A stretch of 64,000 nt of DNA from Terriglobia bacterium. Lineage in GTDB: Bacteria; Acidobacteriota; Terriglobia; JAJPHL01; JAPKYU01. The stretch is taken from positions 736,001-800,000 of the forward strand of contig CBDBKE010000004.1 in NCBI GenBank assembly GCA_965206645.1, written 5' to 3'. Of the stretch, positions 22,413 to 31,547 are shown piece after piece. The translations under genes were made by a program, and so were the position numbers. The notes beneath the pieces are model-generated. The model was not told the origin of the DNA and made no database searches. It worked only from the letters and a program-made list of their open reading frames with translations. The first letter of the stretch is position 1; each line of letters begins with the position of its first letter.

Positions 22413-25351
22413 ATGCGCAGGTCCTTGATTCGTAGCGTGGGGCCGGGAATGGCGCTGCTAGCGCTCGGGCTGCTAGCCATCGCGGTGCTGGAGCTGGGTT
22501 CCGACCCTAGCCTTGCCGACAAGCCATACTTCCCAGCAAGAACTCCCGCGGCCAACAAGCCGCAGGTTGTGGAGAACTACGGCAAGCTGCCGCTGAGCTT
22601 TGAAGCCAATCAGGGCCAGACCGACAGCTGGGTGGACTTCCTGTCGCGGGGAAGTGGCTACACGTTGTTCTTGACCCCTACTGAGGCCGTGCTTGCTTTG
22701 CGCAAACCCACTGCGTCTGAGGTTGGCGCTGCGTCTGAGGTTAGCAAGGTTGAGGTGGCAAGGTTGAGAGCAACTCGGACACGGAGGAAGCGGTGCTGCG
22801 CATGAAGTTGGTTGGCGCCAATCCATCGTCTCGGGTATCAGGGCTTGAGGAGCTTCCCGGCAAGAGCAACTACTTCCTGGGAAACGACCCAAAGAAATGG
22901 CGCACCAACGTCCCACATTACGCCAAGATTCAGTACAAGGACGTCTACCCGGGCGTGGACTTGGTTTATTACGGCAACCAGCGGCAGCTGGAGTACGACC
23001 TGATTGTCACCCCCGGAGCCAATCCTGAGGCTATCCAGCTCGCCTTTGAGGGTGAAGATGACCTGGAAATAGATGCCCAAGGCGACCTGGTGCTCGACAG
23101 CGACGGTGGTCAAGTCCGCCTGCACAAGCCGTTTGTCTATCAGCAGGTAGACGGTGTTCGGCAGGAAATCTCCGGGGCCTACGTGCTCAACGGCGGCCGC
23201 CAGGTCAGCTTCGAGGTGGCCGCGCATGATGTCGGCAAGCCTCTCATTATTGATCCTGTGCTGAGCTACTCCACCTACCTCGGCGGCAGTGCCAGCGGCA
23301 CCAACGAGACTGGCTTCGGCATCGCCGTGGACGTCTCCGGTAACGCTTACGTGACAGGGCAGACAGCTTCGACTGACTTCCCGACGGCGAGTCCCCTCCA
23401 GGCCGCTCACGGCGGCGGCTCTGACGACCTCTTCGTAACCAAGCTCAACGCCGCAGGTTCCGCCCTCCTCTACTCCACCTACCTCGGCGGCAGTGGCCGT
23501 GACGAAGGCCTCAGCATCGCGGTGGACGCCGCCGGCAACGCCTATGTGACAGGCTTTACCAGGTCGACCAACTTCCCCACTGCCAGCCCCTTCCAGGCCG
23601 CTCATAGCGGTGGCGTCAATGATGTCTTCGTGACAAAGCTAAATCCCGACGGCTCTGCTCTCGTCTATTCCACCTACCTCGGCGGCACTTCAAGTGAGGA
23701 AGGCACCGGCATAGCGGTAGACGTGACCGGCAACGCCTACGTGATAGGCTCGACGAGATCGGCGAACTTCCCCACGGCGAATCCCTTTCAGGCCACAATT
23801 GGCAGCACCTTCGATAACTTCGTAACGAAGCTGAACGCTGCCGGCTCCGCCCTGGTCTACTCCACCTACCTGGGCGGCACCGACTTTGAAACGGACGCCG
23901 CCATCACCGTAGACTCCTCCGGTAACGCCTACGTGACGGGCACCACCATGTCGACCGACTTCCCCACGAGCTTCGGAGCTTTTGACACAACCTTAGGCAC
24001 AGATGGCAGTGGTAATGGTGGCATCGCCGACGCTTTCGTAGCGAAGTTCAATGCCGCCGGCTCCGCTCTCGTTTACTCCACATACCTTGGGGGCAGCAGC
24101 CTAGACGAAGGCCTCGACATTGCCGTGGACGCCGCCGGCAACGCCTATGTGACAGGCTCTACCAGGTCGACCAACTTCCCCACTGCCAGCCCCTTCCAAG
24201 TAGTTTTTAACGGCCCCATCGACGCATTCGTGACGAAGTTGAATGTTGCCGGCTCCGCCCTGGTCTACTCCACCTACTTGGAAGGTGCTGGGTCTCGCAC
24301 CCGCATCGCAGTAGACGCCTCCGGCAACGCCTACGTGACGGGCATTACCCCCGGGGGCCTCCCCACGGCGAATCCCTTTCAGGCCACTCACGCCGGCTTC
24401 GGCGACGCCTTCGTAATGAAGTTCAATGCTGCCGGCTCCGATCTGATCTACTTGAGCTACCTCGGCGGCAGCAACCAAGATTCAGGCCGTGGCATCGCTG
24501 TGGACTCCCTGGGCAACGCGTACGTGACAGGTACCACCGATTCGACCGACTTCCCGACGGCGAGTCCCCTCCAGGCAGCTCACGGCGGCGGCCAGTTCGA
24601 CGCATTCGTGGCCAAGATCACCATCCCCCCAACCCTGCCAACCAACTCCGTGGTCAACGGCGCCAGCTTCCGGCCGGCCGCGGAGGCGAATTCGGTCATC
24701 GCTCCGGGCGCGATAGTGGCCATTTTCGGGACGGACCTGGCGGGCGGTATCGAGGTAGCAACGGACGTACCACTTCCCACCACGCTGGGAGATACCAGCG
24801 TGACCTTCGATGATATTGCGGCCCCGCTGTTTTTCGTGTCGCCTACGCAGATCAATGCGCAGGTCCCGTTTGAGCTGATGACCGGGACGGGGATGGTCAT
24901 GGTGCAGGTGAGGCGGGGCAGTGAAACGAGCGAGGCGCAGCCGATCGGGATCGCGGCCGTATCGCCGGGCATTTTTACGCTGAACGAGCAGGGCACCGGC
25001 GCCGGGGCAATCCTTCACGCGGAAGACTTCCAGCCGGTGAACGACAGCGCCCCGGCACAGCCGGGCGAGTTCATCCTCATCTTTTGCACTGGGCTCGGTT
25101 CGGTACAGCCCGAAGTCCCATCCGGCGATGTTGCCCCCAGTACGGAGCCTCTGGCGCGAACCGTTACCCTACCAATGGTGAACATCGCTGGCATAGCCGC
25201 CGACGTGGCCTTCTCCGGCCTGGCCCCAGGGTTTGTGGGGCTCTACCAGGTGAACGCGCAGGTGCCGGCGGGTGTCCCGGCGGGTACGCAGGAGGTGGAA
25301 ATCCTCGTTAACAACGTGCCGGGTAACACCGTCACCATCGCCGTGCAGTAG
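22413..25351 (+). CDS. Secreted SBBP beta-propeller repeat protein with Solibacter-type C-terminal domain (frameshift near 22770)
   Basis: AGGAGG RBS; PLSFEANQGQ; repeated YSTYLGGS..D.G.GIAVD..GNAYVTG; C-terminal GFVGLYQVNAQVP. Confidence 0.88.
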
Positions 25352-25411
25352 CCTGCTCCGCCTCGGTCCAAGTCTCTAAGTACAAGACGCTTGCCTCAGA
25401 TTCAGCGGATA

Positions 25412-25439
25412 GGTCCCCACTAGTCGGTTAGCGTCTTCC
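25412..25439 (-). other. Putative recombination site B (class 2)
   Basis: Minus strand GGAAGACGCTA-ACCGAC-TAGTGGGGACC then TATCCGCTGAATCTGAGGCAA. Confidence 0.7.
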
Positions 25440-25465
25440 CGCTCTCTGTTCGTTCTCAAGAAACG

Positions 25466-25495
25466 AAAAGCCGCACCCCTTTGGGGATGCGGCTT
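25466..25495 (-). terminator. Rho-independent terminator downstream of the aldo/keto reductase
   Basis: AAGCCGCACCCC-TTT-GGGGATGCGGCTT hairpin followed by a T run on the minus strand. Confidence 0.6.
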
Positions 25496-25558
25496 CATGA
25501 TCTGACTCAACTTGAAAGCGATCCAGGCAAACAAGCCCGCGCAGGTCCGCAGCTGCCG

Positions 25559-26524
25559 CTAGTCGCCCTGATAGGCGGGGCGCGGCGGCCGGTAGTCCGC
25601 GGTCTTGATATTACGCTTCCAGGTTTCCAGGTGCGGGCCGGCGATCGGCTCGGCGCGCTTGCGCAGCGCGCTCATCTGGGTATCGCCGATGGGCTTGAAC
25701 CGCTGAGCAAAGCGCACGTCGTCTTCGATCTGGCCAACCGTTGTCGCGCCCAAAGTCACGCAGTGGATCGGCAGGCTCAGCACGTAGGCCAGACAGTCGT
25801 TCAGGCTCATGGTCTGCAACAGCTGGGCATTCGCCGTGCTCTTCATGGCCTGGATGCCCAAGCCTTGCTTGATCGCCTCGGGCAGGACTTTGGTCTCGAA
25901 GCTGAGGTAGGAGGGGTCGGCCGGGTGGAGCGGCATCAAGATCGTGTCGAAGTTCTTGTAACTCCGCAGCATCTCCAGGTGCGCAGCGGGGTCGTTGTGG
26001 CCGGTGAATCCGATAAAGCGGCACTTGCCGGCCTTCTTCGCCGCCTCGAACGCCTCGATGGCGCCGCCCGGAGCGAAGATCTTCTGCAAGTCTTCGTCGC
26101 TTTCGACCGAGTGAATCTGCCAGAGATCCACGTAGTCGGTCTTGAGCCGCTTGAGCGAGAGGTGCAGCTCTTCCTCGGCTTCTTTGCGCGTGCGCTTGTT
26201 TGACTTCGTGGTGATGAAGATTTCTTTGCGGAACGGCGGCATGACCGCCCCATAAACTTCTTCCGAGCGGCCATCCCAATAGCCGTGCGCGTTATCGAAG
26301 TAGTTGATGCCCAACTCGTAGGCTCGCAGAGTGACTTGCTTGGCCTCCTCGAACGAGATCAGCGGGAAACGTCCCCCGGCCTGGCCGACGATGGTGAGCT
26401 TTTCGCCGGTTTTGCCAAAGACCCTGGTCGGAATGTCGCCCGCTTCGAGCTTGCTCGCCCGAGCCGAAGTCCCGAGGACGGCGACGCCAGCCAGCGCGCT
26501 ACCCACAAAAGTTCTGCGATTCAT
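25559..26524 (-). CDS. Tat-exported aldo/keto reductase
   Basis: MNRRTFVG twin-arginine signal; GINYFDNAHGY, SLKRLKTDYVDLWQIH, RFIGFTGH. Confidence 0.9.
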   Translation of the reverse strand: MNRRTFVGSALAGVAVLGTSARASKLEAGDIPTRVFGKTGEKLTIVGQAGGRFPLISFEEAKQVTLRAYELGINYFDNAHGYWDGRSEEVYGAVMPPFRKEIFITTKSNKRTRKEAEEELHLSLKRLKTDYVDLWQIHSVESDEDLQKIFAPGGAIEAFEAAKKAGKCRFIGFTGHNDPAAHLEMLRSYKNFDTILMPLHPADPSYLSFETKVLPEAIKQGLGIQAMKSTANAQLLQTMSLNDCLAYVLSLPIHCVTLGATTVGQIEDDVRFAQRFKPIGDTQMSALRKRAEPIAGPHLETWKRNIKTADYRPPRPAYQGD

Positions 26525-26658
26525 AAATCCTCCCGTGAACAAGACTGCATGGGGACCATGCTGCCGCATCTGGCAACGAATTGATTCGTCTGTTTGTCAG
26601 GCGCCATAGCGGCTTCAAGTGTATCAGCCGGAGACAGTTGGCCAAGTGTCGCTGAACA

Positions 26659-26686
26659 AGTCCCCACTAATCGGTTAGCGTTTACT
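26659..26686 (-). other. Putative recombination site C (class 2 variant)
   Basis: Minus strand AGTAAACGCTA-ACCGAT-TAGTGGGGACT. Confidence 0.7.
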
Positions 26687-26721
26687 TATCCACGTCGCAC
26701 CGCCCAGGCAGGCAGAACATT

Positions 26722-26749
26722 GGTAAACGCTAGCCCGTTAGTGTGGACC
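26722..26749 (+). other. Putative recombination site D (class 1)
   Basis: GGTAAACGCTA-GCCCGT-TAGTGTGGACC then TATCCGGCAACGCTGGTGACAAGGCGG. Confidence 0.72.
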
Positions 26750-26780
26750 TATCCGGCAACGCTGGTGACAAGGCGGCAGG

Positions 26781-27266
26781 TCACTTCGGCGGGTTCTCTT
26801 CAACGATGTCCGGCTTGAGCTTGCCGATGATCGTGAGCAGCTCCTCCTTCTCCTTGGCGGGCACCTTGAATTTGTCCAGCGTATCCACCAGGTGGTCCAC
26901 AACGACGTTGAACTCTTTCTCTGTGATGCCCAGCCCTGCGTGAACGGTCTTGGCATCTCGGCTGATGACCTTGCACGGCCCACCCGTGACGTTGCACACA
27001 AGATTGATGTTCTTCTGGATGAACGACTTCCGGGTGTCCGTACCCATCCCCTTGAAAAAAGGTCCGACCTTGGGATCGGTAAAGAGCTTCTCGGCGAAGT
27101 CGTTCACCACCGCTGAGATCGCTCCGTAGCCGCCGAGTCTCTCGTAGAGCGACTTCGTGTGGCTCTCAGCTTTTGTCAAAACCGGTACCGCGAGCAGCAA
27201 GAAAAGCGCCGCCACCGTCACGCCGAAAAAAGCAGAGTTCCTTGATTGTTCTCGAATGGTGTGCAT
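26781..27266 (-). CDS. Group I truncated hemoglobin with signal peptide
   Basis: SLYERLGG, VTGGP, HAGLGITEKEFN; hydrophobic N-terminal signal. Confidence 0.88.
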   Translation of the reverse strand: MHTIREQSRNSAFFGVTVAALFLLLAVPVLTKAESHTKSLYERLGGYGAISAVVNDFAEKLFTDPKVGPFFKGMGTDTRKSFIQKNINLVCNVTGGPCKVISRDAKTVHAGLGITEKEFNVVVDHLVDTLDKFKVPAKEKEELLTIIGKLKPDIVEENPPK

Positions 27267-28522
27267 GTCTTTCTCCTTGTCCAAGATTTCCTTTTTGGCC
27301 GTTTCTGATTTTCCGTTTCCTGCTGGCACGATTGTACGCTATCTACTTCGGTTCTTGCTACTGAAGCGGGTAGGCGCTCAGCACAAAATCCTTGCCTGGA
27401 AAATGGCAGCCAAAGCAGAGCGGGACGCCGTTACCAGCCGCCACCGGATTGGCACCAGAGGTAGTGCTGACGACCTCGTACCAAAACCAACCCTTGCCCC
27501 TGTCACTCTCGGCTTGCGTTTTTACCATGACCGCCCAGCCCTGAAGCTTGCCATTCCCGTCGTACATTTCCTTCACAGAGGCGGAGCCAACGGGGTGGGA
27601 GGTGCTACCCGCCCTCAGCGACGCATCGAGCTTGGGGTCCAAGAACACCCGGACCGGCCAGCCAAACTTCGTGTGCGGGCCACGCGTGGGGTGCGCGGCT
27701 GATTCCTTAGCGAATTGCTTGTATGAGCCGTCCCGCAAGTACTTGAACAGACGGTCTTTGTCGGTCGGAATCAGGCTATCCACACTGGCGCCCTCCGCGG
27801 TGGGCTCCAGGGCGGTAGCCATTGCACCGGACATGGCGCCTGCCATCTTCTTGAATTCCTCCGAGCGGCTGTCCATGGCCCGACCGCTCTTTGCCCCCTT
27901 GGCTGCTCGGAGCACCGGGTAGTATTGTGTGAAGACAAAATCCTCCGCAGCGCTGGCTGCGTGACAGGCGTTGCAAGCCCCCGCGGGAAACTTTTCTGCG
28001 GTGTCGGCCAGCGGATAGGAGTGACCAAAGCTGAAGTAGGCCCAGTTGCCGGGCTCATCCGGGAAGCGTTTGGAGTCCTTGATGGTGGCCTCCAATCCGA
28101 TGAACTCGCCCATGAAATAGCCCTTGCGCTGGTGGCCGCCTTCGAGCCCACACTGACCAACTCCTTGACCAGAATGGTGCCCTGGGGGAATTTCCCTGTC
28201 TTTTTGTAAGCTGCAAAATCGTCGGGATGGATGTATACACCAGGATGCGGTATCGCCCGAGCGGCCGGCCGACCATGGGCGAGAAGCCTCCCTCTTGGGA
28301 GCCATGCTACGCCCCACCCCCAGGCAAGTCAATGCGGCGACGGGGTAGGCTATACGAAGGGGCAAAGTGCTACACCCCCGCCACCCCGAGGAGCGCCACC
28401 CGTCACGGGCGCGTGCGCTCTCGGGACCGGAGACAGGAGCTTCCAAAAGTGCCCCCCCTGGCGCGCCTCCAGGTGTACCCCTGGACTCTAAGGCAAAGGA
28501 TCAAATATACTTTAAGTCCCCC

Positions 28523-28620
28523 ATGGGACGATTGAAGGCGATTTCCCTGTTCAGCGGCTGCGGAGGAAGTGACCTTGCACTCGAACGCGCGGGTTTCAAG
28601 ATCGTTTGGTCAAATGATAT
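28523..28620 (+). pseudogene. 5' fragment of a DNA cytosine-C5 methyltransferase
   Basis: MGRLKAISLFSGCGGSDLALERAGFKIVWSNDI (motif I FxGxGG), cut at the IS end. Confidence 0.8.
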
Positions 28621-30268
28621 CCGGAATTTCCTTTTGGGCCTTCCGGCGATTAAAAATATACACGCATCTGCGTCCCAGCGAGTACAATGTTTTCTCCGAG
28701 AGGACCATCGGCTCCGAGCGTCCCTTTCGGGGTCCCCTAAAACCGTCCAATCAGCATCCAAACCCAGCTTTTTCAGACAACTCTCCATACCTGGGGGATA
28801 GCGGCATCGTTTTCTTGTGTGCCGTAGCCCAGGCTATCCCGACGGGAGTGCCCATCCATCGATCCGCCCCAGCATGCTGGCAAACAGCCGTCGGGTCAAA
28901 TGGCCCTCGGCCAGCAGGAGCCAGTAGTACCGTGAGTGTTTTAGGAGCCGTCCTCCGGTTTTCACCAGCCGCTGCTGGAGGCTCGTCAAGGACCACTTCT
29001 CGATTCTCTGTGGCAGCACTAGCCGTCGCCATAGGTTGCCCAGGTTGTAGGCGATGATCGTCAGCCAAAGCCGTACCTCGTTAGATCGGAACTTGTGGCA
29101 ACTGAGCCGCGTCATCTTCACCGCCTGCTTGCCTTCCTTGATCCACTGTTCTGCGGTGCCGCGCTTGTTATAGAATCGCACCACCGCCCGATTCGGCAGC
29201 GTCAGATTCGTTACAATGAACCCCACTCGCGGGAACAACTCCCCGGAATGATGCTCTACTTTCGCCACCACCCTTCGAGCCGTCTTCCAACTGGCTGCCT
29301 GGTACAAGAACCCCTTGTACTCGACCAGCGGTTTCTTGGTGGGCCTTCCCACGGGGCGTTTCAGTAGCTCTTCGATGTCTCGCTGCAGAATATCGTTGGC
29401 CGGGATGCGAATTGCGTACTTCACACCCCGTTCCTCCAATGCCTCGTACACCTCCGGCTTGGCAAAGGCCGCGTCCGCCCGAAACGCAATCTCTTTTCCC
29501 ATTCTTTCCTGGCGCTCAATCTCGGGTAACAGGAGTTTCTCCCAACCCTCGGCACTGTGCACGTTGCCCGGACGCAGCTGGGCCGCCAGACAGTTGCCGT
29601 CTCGATTGAACAAAAGCAGCGGGTGATAGCAAGTGGACTCGAAGTGCCCGTTGTAGGCGCTCTGTTCCTGCTCCCCGTAGACCGGAATCTCGGTTGAGTC
29701 CATATCCAGCACCGCTCGGTAGTGCCACTGGAAGGCTTCGACCTTTCCGATCAGTTCCCGGTTGATCCGGGCTAACCCGACGAAGTTCTCCACCTTCGCC
29801 AGCATCTCCGTCTCGAAAGTTTGCAACCTGGAGGTCAGCGCCGCGCCTCGTTCCCAAGTCTTCTCTGAACCAATCAGCTGAAAGGTCGGGTCTTGCGACA
29901 GCCGCTCGGCATCATTTACATCCTCGTATCCAGCTAGGCGACTGTAGACCGACTGCCGCAGCAAGTCCGCGAAAGAAAACCGAGCATTGTTTGCCCGCGA
30001 ATCGGTCAAGTGCTCGTCAATGAGTTCGCTGAATCCCAGACGCTCATCCAACTCCCGGACCAGAATCAGTCCACCATTGGAAGTCACCCGTGATCCCTGA
30101 AACCCGACTCGCAGAAATCGGTTGAACGACAGCTGAAATCCCTGTTTTCCGCTCTCACCCATTGAGTTTACGCCTCCGAACGCTCCGATTGATGCTGCAA
30201 CCAGTATCAATATTGACGTTGGAGGTTAGCTGAAGGTTGCCGCTGCGTTTTCAAAAAGGAAATCCGGG
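28621..30268 (-). mobile_element. IS1380-family insertion sequence
   Basis: Inverted repeats CCGGAATTTCCTTTTG (28621) and CAAAAAGGAAATCCGGG (ending 30268). Confidence 0.9.
28834..30162 (-). CDS. IS1380 DDE transposase
   Basis: TSNGGLILVRELDERLG, AGYEDVND, LDMDST, RADAAF, YNKRGTAEQWIKEGK. Confidence 0.93.
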   Translation of the reverse strand: MGESGKQGFQLSFNRFLRVGFQGSRVTSNGGLILVRELDERLGFSELIDEHLTDSRANNARFSFADLLRQSVYSRLAGYEDVNDAERLSQDPTFQLIGSEKTWERGAALTSRLQTFETEMLAKVENFVGLARINRELIGKVEAFQWHYRAVLDMDSTEIPVYGEQEQSAYNGHFESTCYHPLLLFNRDGNCLAAQLRPGNVHSAEGWEKLLLPEIERQERMGKEIAFRADAAFAKPEVYEALEERGVKYAIRIPANDILQRDIEELLKRPVGRPTKKPLVEYKGFLYQAASWKTARRVVAKVEHHSGELFPRVGFIVTNLTLPNRAVVRFYNKRGTAEQWIKEGKQAVKMTRLSCHKFRSNEVRLWLTIIAYNLGNLWRRLVLPQRIEKWSLTSLQQRLVKTGGRLLKHSRYYWLLLAEGHLTRRLFASMLGRIDGWALPSG

Positions 30269-30772
30269 ATACATTGTGGAAATCGGGGAAAGCAGCTTCA
30301 GGTGGATTCATGTCGTTCGGGGTAATCGGCGTACCGATATAGACCCACTCCCGGTAGCCTGTGGGTCGCATGAGTTTACCGTCCGCAGTGAAGCTGGGTT
30401 TCGACTTCCCACCATGCGAACTGGGCGGGGTCGCCGCAAATGTCGTCACAAACAGGGACACGACCATAACCAACGCTACGATGCTGGCGAAGGTGCGAGT
30501 GATACGACGGGACCTAATCGAACGACTCATTCCGTGCCTCCTCTAACCAGGACTTCCGACCTGAGCTTCCTCTTCGCCCGAAGCCTACGGTAGCTGCCCT
30601 GCCGCATCAAGCTCGAATGCGCCAGCCTCTTTTGGAGGCGCCAGGGCCGTTTGGGGCCATTCAGCGGATTTGTCCGGTCCGTTTTCCCGCCTCCAACCTG
30701 CCTCGCTGCCAATGCTTTCTCAGGCGGCAGTAATTCTCTGAAACGGCAAAAGTTGCCTCAGATTCGGCAGAT

Positions 30773-30800
30773 AGGTCCCACTAGTCGGTTAGCGTTTACC
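30773..30800 (-). other. Putative recombination site E (class 2)
   Basis: Minus strand GGTAAACGCTA-ACCGAC-TAGTGGGACCT then ATCTGCCGAATCTGAGGCAA. Confidence 0.72.
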
Positions 30801-30889
30801 TATGCTGCCACGCAGCCCACATGGCCGTAAAACGCCCTTGCCGGAAACTGACCCACTACTCAAAATTAGGAAAGCGGTACCATGAGAGC

Positions 30890-31483
30890 ATGGCGCTCCC
30901 AGAGCGGGTGCGTGTGAAGCTGATGTCGGACGCAGCCGAGGACATCAGCATGACACGCGTGATGCAGCGCGACTTTCCCATGGCGGAGCTGCTGGAGGCG
31001 GTGGTGGCTGTGGGCGGCAAGAATCCCGAGCGCCTGCACCAAATCCTGCGGGCAGGCAGCATGGTGCTGGGCCAGTATCGCTACCGCTGGGAGCCACTAG
31101 AGGCTGACGCCACAGACCTGGCGCCGTTGCTGGCCCGCTTCCCCGACCCTGAGCCGGACCGGCCCTTTCAGGTTGAACGATGCGTCTATGCTACCGTCCA
31201 CGCAGGCGTAGAAACGATCGAACTGCGGCGCGAGCAGGTGGCCCGCCGCCGCTGGCTCCAGAAGAGAAGCTTTTGGGAAACACTCATGGAAGTGGCGGCA
31301 GCGCGCGCGCCGCGCTACCAGTCCTACTCCTACCGCAACCGCGCCGACGTCTACGCGTTCGAGCCCACGCAGGAGGATGTCGAGCGCCTGCGCGGAGCAG
31401 CGACCTTGCTGCACGCGCCCCGCACTGAAGAGCGCATCCGCATCTTGCCTCTAGAGAAGGTGACGCTGCTGGTCAACCGATAA
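30890..31483 (+). CDS. Hypothetical protein
   Basis: Clean ORF with host-like codon usage, upstream of the GTPase. Confidence 0.7.
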   Translation: MALPERVRVKLMSDAAEDISMTRVMQRDFPMAELLEAVVAVGGKNPERLHQILRAGSMVLGQYRYRWEPLEADATDLAPLLARFPDPEPDRPFQVERCVYATVHAGVETIELRREQVARRRWLQKRSFWETLMEVAAARAPRYQSYSYRNRADVYAFEPTQEDVERLRGAATLLHAPRTEERIRILPLEKVTLLVNR

Positions 31484-31547
31484 GGCATGAGGCTTACGAC
31501 CTATAAGACTGAAGACTGGAGATTGAAAACCTGACCCCTGTCTTGTC

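Larger units (their letters stand above)
28240..30268 (-). mobile_element. IS1380 transposition unit (IS plus ~380 bp captured flank)
   Basis: ATACA duplicated at 28235-28239 and 30269-30273; alternative end CCAGGAT at 28240. Confidence 0.82.
27358..30530 (-). pseudogene. Two-domain cytochrome P460-family protein split by the IS1380 transposition unit
   Basis: N-part ...PTGYREWVYIGT...FHNV rejoins YIHPDDF...GTILVKEL once 28240-30268 and one ATACA are removed; CNACH and CFGCH heme motifs; additional 1-bp frameshift near 28125. Confidence 0.85.
22246..30860 (+). mobile_element. Non-autonomous TIR element, copy 1, carrying a cassette-like cargo array
   Basis: Ends GGCAGTGCGCCAGTTTCCGG / CCGGAAACTGACCCACTACT; flanked by CAAGATTA (22238-22245) and CAAAATTA (30861-30868); both end regions are homologous to those of 56229-57819. 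Confidence 0.75.

Noticed and set aside
3680-28130. Programmed frameshifting in the NHL, PD40, HD-GYP, SBBP and P460 genes
   Set aside because: Single-base indels, mostly at short homopolymers, fit consensus errors or decay better.
22315-30800. Integron attC sites
   Set aside because: The sites are 28-bp simple cores in mixed orientation, without the long attC hairpin. No intI is present.
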